IMG/VR virus record: IMGVR_UViG_3300038393_001590
Location: 1 to 24,054 of that record
DNA: 24,054 nt
Strand: one strand, 5' to 3'
Source: a virus
Taxonomy: Duplodnaviria; Caudoviricetes
Positions 1 to 7,412 of this stretch are shown here, piece after piece. The position numbers were made by a program, and so were the translations under genes. How positions within the stretch are numbered: position 1 is the stretch's first letter; the number at the start of each line of letters is the position of its first letter. The notes beneath the pieces are model-generated. The model saw only the letters and a list, made by a program, of their open reading frames with translations, did no database searches and was not told the origin of the DNA.

Positions 1-1
1 A

Positions 2-982
2 GCCGGAATCACGCATAAATACCTCCCGTTCCTGCACTCGCCCCACGAGTTGGCGCTGTTCGTACCCCTGAGCTTTCTTCCGAAGAGCTGGAGCTTCGCG
101 GCGTGGACCGCCTTGAGCACCTGGTTCCTCTACCTCGCATGCTGGATCCTCGCACGCATCACCGAGATCGGCCGCAAAGGGTTACTTCTCCTCTCACTCG
201 CCGCAGCATCGACGACGTTCTGCTACATCGAGGGCCAGGACTGTTTCTTAATCCTCCTTCTCACCGCAGGCAGTCTCTATCTCGTCGTACGGCAGCGCGA
301 ATTCGTCGCCGGCGTCGTGCTTGCGCTCTCGCTTGTGAAACCCCAGACCGCCGTCGTTATTAGCTTCGCTATGCTCTTGAACCGCAGATGGAAATTCACC
401 GCGGGGTTCGCGACCGGCTCGGCTGCGATCGTCGGCGTATCGAGTGCGATCTTTGGACCACATGTCTTTCCCGATCTGATACAGCTGATCAGGAGATCCC
501 AGGATCCGCAGCTGCTGAAGGAAATGGTCGTGGTGCCGCAGAGTTACCCTACGATCAGGGGTATAACTTACCTATTCGGACTGCCCAGCTCGATCGCGAT
601 CATCCTCTCCGCGCTGGTTCTCGCCTTCGGAGCGGTCTGCTGGTACAAGTCGCGGGACTGCGAGTCGGTATTCTCATCCGCCATTCTGATCAGCTGCCTG
701 GTCGCATTCAACTGGCACATCTATGATCTGGCCATCGTCCTAATACCGATCGCCTTACTTCCCGCATCGAGGCTGTCCAGCGCTTCGATCGCCTGGTTTT
801 ATGTTCTGCCCGTGCCTCTGATCTTCCTCGGTGCGGCACCCTTGATTTGCGTTCCGCTCTGCCCCATGATCTGGGAGTACTATGAATCTTCTCATAACGT
901 ACATGCTGCGCGCACTCCTCATTGCCTCGCTGCTCTTCTTCCTGTTCGCCAAACAGATTACGCATCCGGGTCCTCGGCCTGA
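2..982 (+). CDS. GT87/DUF2029-like polytopic membrane glycosyltransferase (GT-C fold), 5'-truncated by the window edge
   Basis: The frame is open from nt 2 (AGITHKYLPFLHSPHELALFVPLSFLP), so the TTG at 50 is not the true start. Motifs PFxHxPxExxLFxPL, EGQD, LALSLVKPQ and HIYDL plus many hydrophobic helices are typical of GT87. Confidence 0.8.
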   Translation, partial: AGITHKYLPFLHSPHELALFVPLSFLPKSWSFAAWTALSTWFLYLACWILARITEIGRKGLLLLSLAAASTTFCYIEGQDCFLILLLTAGSLYLVVRQREFVAGVVLALSLVKPQTAVVISFAMLLNRRWKFTAGFATGSAAIVGVSSAIFGPHVFPDLIQLIRRSQDPQLLKEMVVVPQSYPTIRGITYLFGLPSSIAIILSALVLAFGAVCWYKSRDCESVFSSAILISCLVAFNWHIYDLAIVLIPIALLPASRLSSASIAWFYVLPVPLIFLGAAPLICVPLCPMIWEYYESSHNVHAARTPHCLAALLPVRQTDYASGSSA

Positions 983-1013
983 CGGAAGCCGGACTGAGGA
1001 GTTCAGGCCTTAG
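882..1013 (+). CDS. Putative 43-aa single-pass membrane protein (MNLLITYMLRALLIASLLFFLFAKQITHPGPRPDGSRTEEFRP); not in the ORF track
   Basis: GGGAG lies 4 nt before the ATG at 882, and the N-terminus is a hydrophobic stretch of about 20 aa. The TAG stop (1011-1013) overlaps the convergent TAA stop of the 588-aa gene (1010-1012). The ORF overlaps the GT87 3' end in another frame. Confidence 0.45.
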   Translation: MNLLITYMLRALLIASLLFFLFAKQITHPGPRPDGSRTEEFRP

Positions 1014-2776
1014 TTAACCGGCATCAGGACGAACGTGCCGGTGTCAGTGAACGTTCCCGACAGCGTGCAGCTCCTCGATCCTGAATTTACGACGCCGGTA
1101 GCAGCGTAAGTCTGAGCTGGGTGATCGATGTTCAGCTGGGCCGGCGCCATAATACCGTCGTAACCTTCTGCGTTCGACGTCGGCGTCGATGCAGTATTCC
1201 CTTTGGTCGTGCAGAGCGCGAAACACTTCGTCCCTCCGCAGGTCGCGGTCATGACAGCAGGCGGTCCAGCCGTGTTGCCGGCATTCGTCGTCGTAAGTCC
1301 GCTGTCGGTGACGTTCCAAACTTCGTACATCACCGAGCTGACATTGCCGGCGGCGAAGGTCAGCGTCTCCGCGCAGGCGCTTGTGATCGGCGCGGTGTAT
1401 GCACATGAGTAGTAGCTGTGGATCGTGCCGGTGAAATGACCCGGCGTGCCCACACGCGTATAGGTGAGCCCGCAGCTCGAGCTCGGCGTCGTGCTACAGC
1501 TCGATGAATCCTCCTGGGCCGATGCGACGACAACAAAGTGATTGCTCGCGGGCGTGAGCTTCGTCTCAAACTTGCAAACGTCGGAGGTCGAGGTCGTTTT
1601 CGAATCGCACGCCTTACTCTGTCGGATCGCGGGGTCGCTGCCCGTGACGTCATAGATGGCCGAGTATCCAGCGCCGCGGAATATTTCGTTCATCGTGTCG
1701 ACCTTGTCGCCAGCCCAGGTCGACGCCGCCCAGACCAGCTCGTCGAGTAGCCCGTTCCATTTCACGCCAGTCCCGTCGGCATTATTTCCGATCAGCATAT
1801 TCTGGGTCGGTGTGCCGATCGCGCCTCCCGTTCCGGTCCCGACCAGGTCGCCGTCCAAATAACCTTTGATCGTCGTGCCGTCCGAGGTGAATGCTTGCGA
1901 GAACCAGGTCGATGCCGCGATACAGCAGGGAGTTTGGTACTGGTGGACCGTTCCTCCAGAGTCTTCGTAGAGCATCGGGCCGTTGGCGTTGGTCAGCGAA
2001 AATAACCAGCCATTGTTGCCGCTGTTATTGAGGTTCGAGAGGATTCGCATGAATCCTCCGCCGGCCGTGTTCAGCAGGCCCATCACGGTGATGTTGTTTC
2101 CGCCAGGCCACGCCGGATGATTCAAAGTCACGTAGTCGCCATTCGCCTGGGTTAAGCTGAGAGCTCCTCCCACTCGGCCGGCAACATTGGCCGTCGGCGA
2201 CGAGCCGGAAGCCGTGCCATTATTGACGTCGCAGTTGAAGCTCTCGCCGTGACACCAGTCGGCAAGATTCGCGTCGGTGATCAGCGAGTAATCGTAAGGA
2301 TCCGCGGTGATCGATGCGTTGCCGATCAGCAGCCACACGACGTCGTTCGTCGCAGCGTGCAGCGGCGCCGCAAGCAGAATGATCAGTGCCTCGCCGGTCG
2401 TGTCGTTCCACTCCGGCATGTAGAACTTAAGCGGGCTGCCTCCGCTCTGCGCTGTGCAAAGATGCACGTCGGCCGGTCGAGTTCTGCCTCGGAAATCGGA
2501 GACCGTGTTGTGAACCTTCCCGCTGTGGGCCGTCGTCGCCAGGGCCTTGTACTTCACCCATTGCGGATAGGCAAAATCGGCAAGGTCGACGCTGAGGGCC
2601 TTGTTCAAAACGAGCGGGATCGCGACATCGTAGCTTCCTCCGCAGCTACCTCCTCCTCCGCCACCGGCAGCCTGAGATGCAGACACACTCCCGCCCACAG
2701 AAGCGGTTCCGGATATGGAAACCGACTGCGCGGCTGCAGAAGCCACGAGCGCGAGAGTGATGAGTATCTTTTTCAT
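1010..2776 (-). CDS. Signal-peptide-bearing DUF2341-like plus LamG/ConA-like lectin domain protein (588 aa); putative virion appendage or exported adhesin
   Basis: N-terminus MKKILITLALVASAAA|Q, then a Gly linker. DUF2341-like segment ADVHLC...LKFYMPEWNDTTGEALIILLAAPL...VVWLLIGN. LamG-like segment GRVGGALSL...WFSQAFTSDGTTIKGYLDG...MLIGNN...WNGLLDEL. The C-terminal domain is Ser/Thr/Cys-rich (16 Cys in the whole protein). The ATG directly abuts the upstream TAA. Confidence 0.75.
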   Translation of the reverse strand: MKKILITLALVASAAAQSVSISGTASVGGSVSASQAAGGGGGGSCGGSYDVAIPLVLNKALSVDLADFAYPQWVKYKALATTAHSGKVHNTVSDFRGRTRPADVHLCTAQSGGSPLKFYMPEWNDTTGEALIILLAAPLHAATNDVVWLLIGNASITADPYDYSLITDANLADWCHGESFNCDVNNGTASGSSPTANVAGRVGGALSLTQANGDYVTLNHPAWPGGNNITVMGLLNTAGGGFMRILSNLNNSGNNGWLFSLTNANGPMLYEDSGGTVHQYQTPCCIAASTWFSQAFTSDGTTIKGYLDGDLVGTGTGGAIGTPTQNMLIGNNADGTGVKWNGLLDELVWAASTWAGDKVDTMNEIFRGAGYSAIYDVTGSDPAIRQSKACDSKTTSTSDVCKFETKLTPASNHFVVVASAQEDSSSCSTTPSSSCGLTYTRVGTPGHFTGTIHSYYSCAYTAPITSACAETLTFAAGNVSSVMYEVWNVTDSGLTTTNAGNTAGPPAVMTATCGGTKCFALCTTKGNTASTPTSNAEGYDGIMAPAQLNIDHPAQTYAATGVVNSGSRSCTLSGTFTDTGTFVLMPVN

Positions 2777-4174
2777 TTACAGTACCCGCCGGAAGAAGTC
2801 GTAAATCCCCATCGTTGGGTTCGCTGTCGCGTTGCTGTTCTGGCACGGTCCAACGCGGTCGATCGTCCCTAAGAAGCTTGTCTTCGCCACAGAAAAGACC
2901 TGCGTCCACGATCCATCGGTGCCCGTCATGGACGCGTTGAAGATAAGATTTGTTCCATCGTTCTTCACCTTCAAGTACAGCCAACGGTTCCAGTACGGTC
3001 CGTATGCGGTGCCCGATCCGCCCCAGCCGACGAAGTTAGAGGCATAGGCATTGAACGAAGTCTGCGAGTTCCAGTTGATGACCGACAGTTCCGATTGTGG
3101 CACGTTGCCGCGATAGTCGATCGCGAACGCGGTGATCTTCGTTCCGTCGCCGAGGCAGATGCCAGTCCAGTTGAAATTGTTTGCGTTGCCGACGGCGCCC
3201 ATCACCTTGACTTCGAATTCGTACGGCGTCGACGGCGTCGTCTTCCATAGCTGCCGAACGCTGTCGCCGCCGGCCGTTGTGCCCTGGAACGCGAGGTAAG
3301 ACTGGCCGACCGTGAAGGTGACGCCGGTGTCGTTCGTCTGCGTCCAGCTTCCCGAAAGCGCTGCTCCGGTGAACTCGTCGTCTAATGCGTTCGGCGAACC
3401 AGGCGTTAGATCGGGAGAACTCGAGACCCAGTCTGGCACCGAAGCCCCGCCCGCCGGCGTATTGCAGGATCCGTCGCCGCGAAGGTAGGTAGTCGAGTTG
3501 CAGGTACCGGAGAACAGGCCGTAAACATCGGCCGCGGCAGCGGCCGCAGTCGTGTTCAGTGCGGTTCGCTTGATGAGGCCGTTCGAACCAGGGTCGGCTA
3601 GTCCTGAGCTTCCGCAGCTTCCGATGCTCATGTTGCCGGCGCCGTCCGACTTGAAGCACCCCGAGGCATCGGACGACGGAAGCAGCCACGTGACCGATGT
3701 GACGCCCGTCGGAGACTTGAATGCGACGAAGTGCCCACTGCCGTCGAACAACTTGATCAGGCCCTGTGTCGTACCGTCGCCGACCGACCAGACCCCGGTC
3801 GCCACATCGAACTTGAGTCGCGCATCGCTGGAGAACAATCCCGACGAAGCGAACTGAATGTAGCCATCTGAACCAGAGGCTCCCGTCGCGGCGCCATAGA
3901 TCTTCCGCCAGATGCCCGAGCTTCCGGGGACGGAGCACTCATAGTGCGAGTCGTCGGTCGTCTTGTAAAAGATCGTAGGCCCGAAGCCAGGACCGCAGGC
4001 GGTCGGTAGCGACGTTCCAGACGTCGGCGAGTTTGTCGCGTTGCCCGTGCCGCCGTTGGCCGGCTGAAGAACGCCTTTGACCTGGGAATTCGTCGGCCCC
4101 AAATTGACCTGGGCGGCCGCGAAGCCGCCCAGCATCAGAACGATCGCGAGTTTACTTACGATAGAACGCAACAA
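2777..4174 (-). CDS. Signal-peptide-bearing tail-fibre-like protein with C-terminal ConA-like (beta-sandwich) domain (465 aa)
   Basis: TTG start with GGAG 6 nt upstream; N-terminus MLRSIVSKLAIVLMLGGFAAA|Q. Fibre-shaft motifs: KGVLQPANGGTG, SGSDGYIQFASSGLFSSDARLKFD, VAFKSPTGVTSVTWLLPSSD...SDGAGNMS and TTYLRGDGS. The C-terminal domain starts DDEFTGAALSGSW and ends GIYDFFRRVL. Confidence 0.7.
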   Translation of the reverse strand: MLRSIVSKLAIVLMLGGFAAAQVNLGPTNSQVKGVLQPANGGTGNATNSPTSGTSLPTACGPGFGPTIFYKTTDDSHYECSVPGSSGIWRKIYGAATGASGSDGYIQFASSGLFSSDARLKFDVATGVWSVGDGTTQGLIKLFDGSGHFVAFKSPTGVTSVTWLLPSSDASGCFKSDGAGNMSIGSCGSSGLADPGSNGLIKRTALNTTAAAAAADVYGLFSGTCNSTTYLRGDGSCNTPAGGASVPDWVSSSPDLTPGSPNALDDEFTGAALSGSWTQTNDTGVTFTVGQSYLAFQGTTAGGDSVRQLWKTTPSTPYEFEVKVMGAVGNANNFNWTGICLGDGTKITAFAIDYRGNVPQSELSVINWNSQTSFNAYASNFVGWGGSGTAYGPYWNRWLYLKVKNDGTNLIFNASMTGTDGSWTQVFSVAKTSFLGTIDRVGPCQNSNATANPTMGIYDFFRRVL

Positions 4175-4820
4175 GTGTGTCTCCAGTCCCCGGAGCGACG
4201 GCCATCGCGATGGCGTTCCCGGTGAGCGTGAAATCGGTTCCGGGGAGTAGCAGGACTCCGTTCCGGAAGAGCATCAGTGAATTGAGCGGCGAAGGCGTTG
4301 CTGCCAAGGTGAATGCCGTATTCGCGCCATCGATCGCGCCTGTCGGAACCTCGGCCGAGACGGAGTCCGCCGAAATGCCGTCGACGCGCGACCAGGCCAT
4401 CAGCCAATCGCCGGAGATGGGAGCCACTCCCATCGTGGCCGTCAAGCTCGACAGCGTGTAGTCGGTGCCGGCGATCTCGAGCAGCCCGTTCAGGTACAGC
4501 AACAAGAACGCGACCGGATTCGGAGCTGAGGGCAGCGTGTACGCCGTATTGCTGCCGTTGATCAGGCCCGAAGGCGTGACGCCGTCGTTGAACCCGAGCA
4601 CATTTCCATCGGTTCGGTAATACGCATATAGCCAGTCGCCAACGAGCGGCGCTGCCGCCAGCGTCACGACGGCGCCTGCGATCGTGTAGTCCGTTCCCTG
4701 CCGCAGCACGAGCCCGTTGCGGAACAGCTGCAACGACTGTGGTGGCAGCGGTGAGTTCGACAGGTTGAAGACGGTGTTGACGCCGTCGATGGCTCCAGTC
4801 GGTATCTCTCCGACGACCGC
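4152..4820 (-). repeat. Three tandem ~70-aa protein repeats at the C-terminus of the 1085-aa protein
   Basis: EIPTGAIDGVNTVFNL...LFRNGLVL...GTDYTIAG...AP..GDWL; VTPSGLINGSNTAYTL...LYLNGLL...GTDYTLS...AP..GDWL; EVPTGAIDGANTAFTL...LFRNGVLL..GTDFTLTG...AP..GDTL. Confidence 0.9.
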
Positions 4821-7409
4821 TCCTGCGGATCCTGACTCGCTAGGAACGTCGTCCGGAGGACGAGGATCGAGCGAAGTGTCGGGGTCGAAGAGCGCGCCCT
4901 GGTCAGTGTCGCGGATCCCGATCGTGACGACTCGCAGTGTGCCTTCGTTGACGTTGAAGACGCCGCCACCGGTCGCATCCCTGGCTTCATGGATCGAGAC
5001 CAGGCCGTTCGCGTCGACGTTGGCGTCGAACTCCCAGAAGCGTATGTCGTAAATATTGCCGGCCTCAGGACCGGTCGTTTCTATCTCCCACGCATAGAAC
5101 AGTTCCGAACGTTTGTACTTGTAGCCGTCGTAGCCCGACACCGGAAGCTCGACCGTCTGGCCGTTTCCGTAGCTTGCAGGACCGAAGAACTCGCGGCGAA
5201 CCAGAGCTTTCTTCAGGTTCGCGTTGATCTGCTGCATCAACGTGTACGGATCCGGCTCGCCCGGGAAGAATGCTGAGTCAGCGATCTCGGCGAAGACTCC
5301 GCTCGAGGGACCGACGATCTTCGCGCCTGGATCAATGCCCGGCGTGCCGCCCGTGGCCATGATCACATCCATGTGCCGCACGTTGACGTAGTAAGGCGCG
5401 AAGACACCAGCACCCTGCGCATCCAACTGGAAGGCTGGCTCGACATAATCGGCCTGCACCTTAGCGATCGCCGAGCGCGTGTGGTTAACCGTGTACGTCG
5501 TTCCGTTGATCTTGAGGTACAGGTGCTTGACCGTCTTCGCCGCATGGTCCACGCGGAAAGCCGACTCGATCGACACCCATGCCGTCGCATCATAGAGCGC
5601 CGGGTTGAATATCGCCGAGGCCTCGTTATCCCAGTGCCCCGTCCCGGTGACTCCAGTGTAAGTGAAGCTGCGATACTGGCCGCTGGCAAAGTCTATTTGC
5701 CAAGCCATGTTGTAGACCCAGTCGTCAGCGTTCTGCTGGATCTGCCACTCGATGGCGCGGCAGAGCGACCGGTAAGCGGCCGGGATCTGCACGTCGAACT
5801 TCATGACGAAGTCGGTCGCGTCGTTGTGCGCACCGGCCTTCAGGTACCAGAAGGCATTGTTGAAGGCGTACTTCGGCGTGCTGTGGAACTGGGCGATGTC
5901 GCCCGGGACCATAAATCCCGCCGGCGCGGCGTTCGGGTCACCTCCTCCGGAATTACCGACGTCGCCTGGCTGGATCCATGTGTTGAGCGTCTGTAGCTCG
6001 TCGCCCGTGTAGAGCACGGACGGCCCGGTCGCGTCCGGGATATTGCCGGCGTCGCCGATGATGACCGGATCGCCCAACCTCACCGTGACGATGTCGTTGC
6101 CGATGTTGTCGCTGTAGCGGTCGTCATCGATCCCGAACTGCAGCCACTTGGCGCCAACAGGCGCAGGATAGGAGTCGTTTGAGCCGCTCTCGTGGATCTC
6201 GATCACCGTGCCGTCATCGTCGACAACGACTGACATCAGCGATCCAAGCTGCGCTGTCGAGCCGACCACGCTCTTGGTCGGGAATCCTTTCCCAGTCGAA
6301 CCTCCGGTCGTTCCGGTCGGCACGCCAGCCTGGCCGTCTGGACCGACGAACGGTCGCGCGTCCGACATGCGCACTGAACCGGTCGCTGAGATCTGGATGG
6401 TCTGTCCTTCGCGGATCGGCACCTGCAACTTCACAGGCGGCGTGCCGTCGTTCGCGCCGTACTGCAGTGCGCTATTCAGGCCTCCAGCGACCCACTCGAA
6501 GGGCTGCGCGGTTGCCGGAACGGTGAGCTGATAGACCTGCGCGCCATTGCGCTGACAGAAAGCGAAGACTGCGACGCGTCCCCAGCTCGTCGTAATGACG
6601 CCGGAGTTGTACATCAGGACTTGCGTCGTCACCGCACCGGTCGCCGCGTTTATCTGCGCGGTAATGCGGTGCAGCTGGCCCTTCGAGTAATCGGGCTGAG
6701 CGAATGCAGGACCGTCTGTCGTCCAGCGCCAACTATGCAGGAACTTCGATTCGCCGTAGCTGTACTGATAGCCATCCGCCGGCGACTTCGGCGCCGGGAT
6801 TGTCTGGCCGTTGTAGAACTCGCCGCAGTAGATGACCTCAGCTTCAATGACTGCGTACTTCGCGTTCCGGTTCAGCCGGGTGACGACGTTCTCGCGCATC
6901 GGCTCATCGCGCACGAGCTCGGAGTCGTTCACGTTCACGTAGTTCGGTGTCTGCTCGACGGTCAGCGCCGATCGCTGCCGCTGTGCGATGGTGACGACCG
7001 AGAGCACGCCATCGGTGCTTGCTGCGGATCCCGACTGCTGTCCGCCTTCCGACTTGCGATAGAACTCCTGGCAGCTGACGAGGCCGCTGTTCTGGTCAAC
7101 CTTCCAGCCCGCGTACCACATGGCGCCAGGGCCCGAGATCCATCCTGTCGCGGGATTGACGGTCGAATAGATTCCCCAGACATAGAGCAGCTCGTCGCGC
7201 TGATAGGGATAGCCATCGACGTCTGAGACCGGGAGGTTGACGGTGTCGCCGTGCTTGTAGCGACCGTAGAAGATCTCCGGACGAACGGCCGCGAAGCTGG
7301 CGTTGTCGGCGATGCGCGCCATCTCGAGGCCGAGCGCGGGCTGCTCGGCCTTGAGTACTGCATCGGGGAGATCTGCGAACCCCGGCACCCTTTGAAGTTT
7401 GAAGGCCAT
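4152..7409 (-). CDS. Modular tail-tip/fibre (receptor-binding) protein, 1085 aa
   Basis: Lies directly after the hub gene. Contains three copies of a ~140-aa domain (GxT[VI]x[LA]PxSxxDGYxYxxxE), a LecA/PA-IL-like segment, a ConA-like segment and three C-terminal ~70-aa beta repeats. Confidence 0.75.
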   Translation of the reverse strand: MAFKLQRVPGFADLPDAVLKAEQPALGLEMARIADNASFAAVRPEIFYGRYKHGDTVNLPVSDVDGYPYQRDELLYVWGIYSTVNPATGWISGPGAMWYAGWKVDQNSGLVSCQEFYRKSEGGQQSGSAASTDGVLSVVTIAQRQRSALTVEQTPNYVNVNDSELVRDEPMRENVVTRLNRNAKYAVIEAEVIYCGEFYNGQTIPAPKSPADGYQYSYGESKFLHSWRWTTDGPAFAQPDYSKGQLHRITAQINAATGAVTTQVLMYNSGVITTSWGRVAVFAFCQRNGAQVYQLTVPATAQPFEWVAGGLNSALQYGANDGTPPVKLQVPIREGQTIQISATGSVRMSDARPFVGPDGQAGVPTGTTGGSTGKGFPTKSVVGSTAQLGSLMSVVVDDDGTVIEIHESGSNDSYPAPVGAKWLQFGIDDDRYSDNIGNDIVTVRLGDPVIIGDAGNIPDATGPSVLYTGDELQTLNTWIQPGDVGNSGGGDPNAAPAGFMVPGDIAQFHSTPKYAFNNAFWYLKAGAHNDATDFVMKFDVQIPAAYRSLCRAIEWQIQQNADDWVYNMAWQIDFASGQYRSFTYTGVTGTGHWDNEASAIFNPALYDATAWVSIESAFRVDHAAKTVKHLYLKINGTTYTVNHTRSAIAKVQADYVEPAFQLDAQGAGVFAPYYVNVRHMDVIMATGGTPGIDPGAKIVGPSSGVFAEIADSAFFPGEPDPYTLMQQINANLKKALVRREFFGPASYGNGQTVELPVSGYDGYKYKRSELFYAWEIETTGPEAGNIYDIRFWEFDANVDANGLVSIHEARDATGGGVFNVNEGTLRVVTIGIRDTDQGALFDPDTSLDPRPPDDVPSESGSAGAVVGEIPTGAIDGVNTVFNLSNSPLPPQSLQLFRNGLVLRQGTDYTIAGAVVTLAAAPLVGDWLYAYYRTDGNVLGFNDGVTPSGLINGSNTAYTLPSAPNPVAFLLLYLNGLLEIAGTDYTLSSLTATMGVAPISGDWLMAWSRVDGISADSVSAEVPTGAIDGANTAFTLAATPSPLNSLMLFRNGVLLLPGTDFTLTGNAIAMAVAPGTGDTLVAFYRK

Positions 7410-7412
7410 CGA

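Noticed and set aside
1010-7409. Diversity-generating retroelement target in the fibre/lectin C-termini
   Set aside because: No reverse transcriptase and no near-identical TR/VR nucleotide repeat pair was seen in the window; the repeats present are old protein-level duplications.
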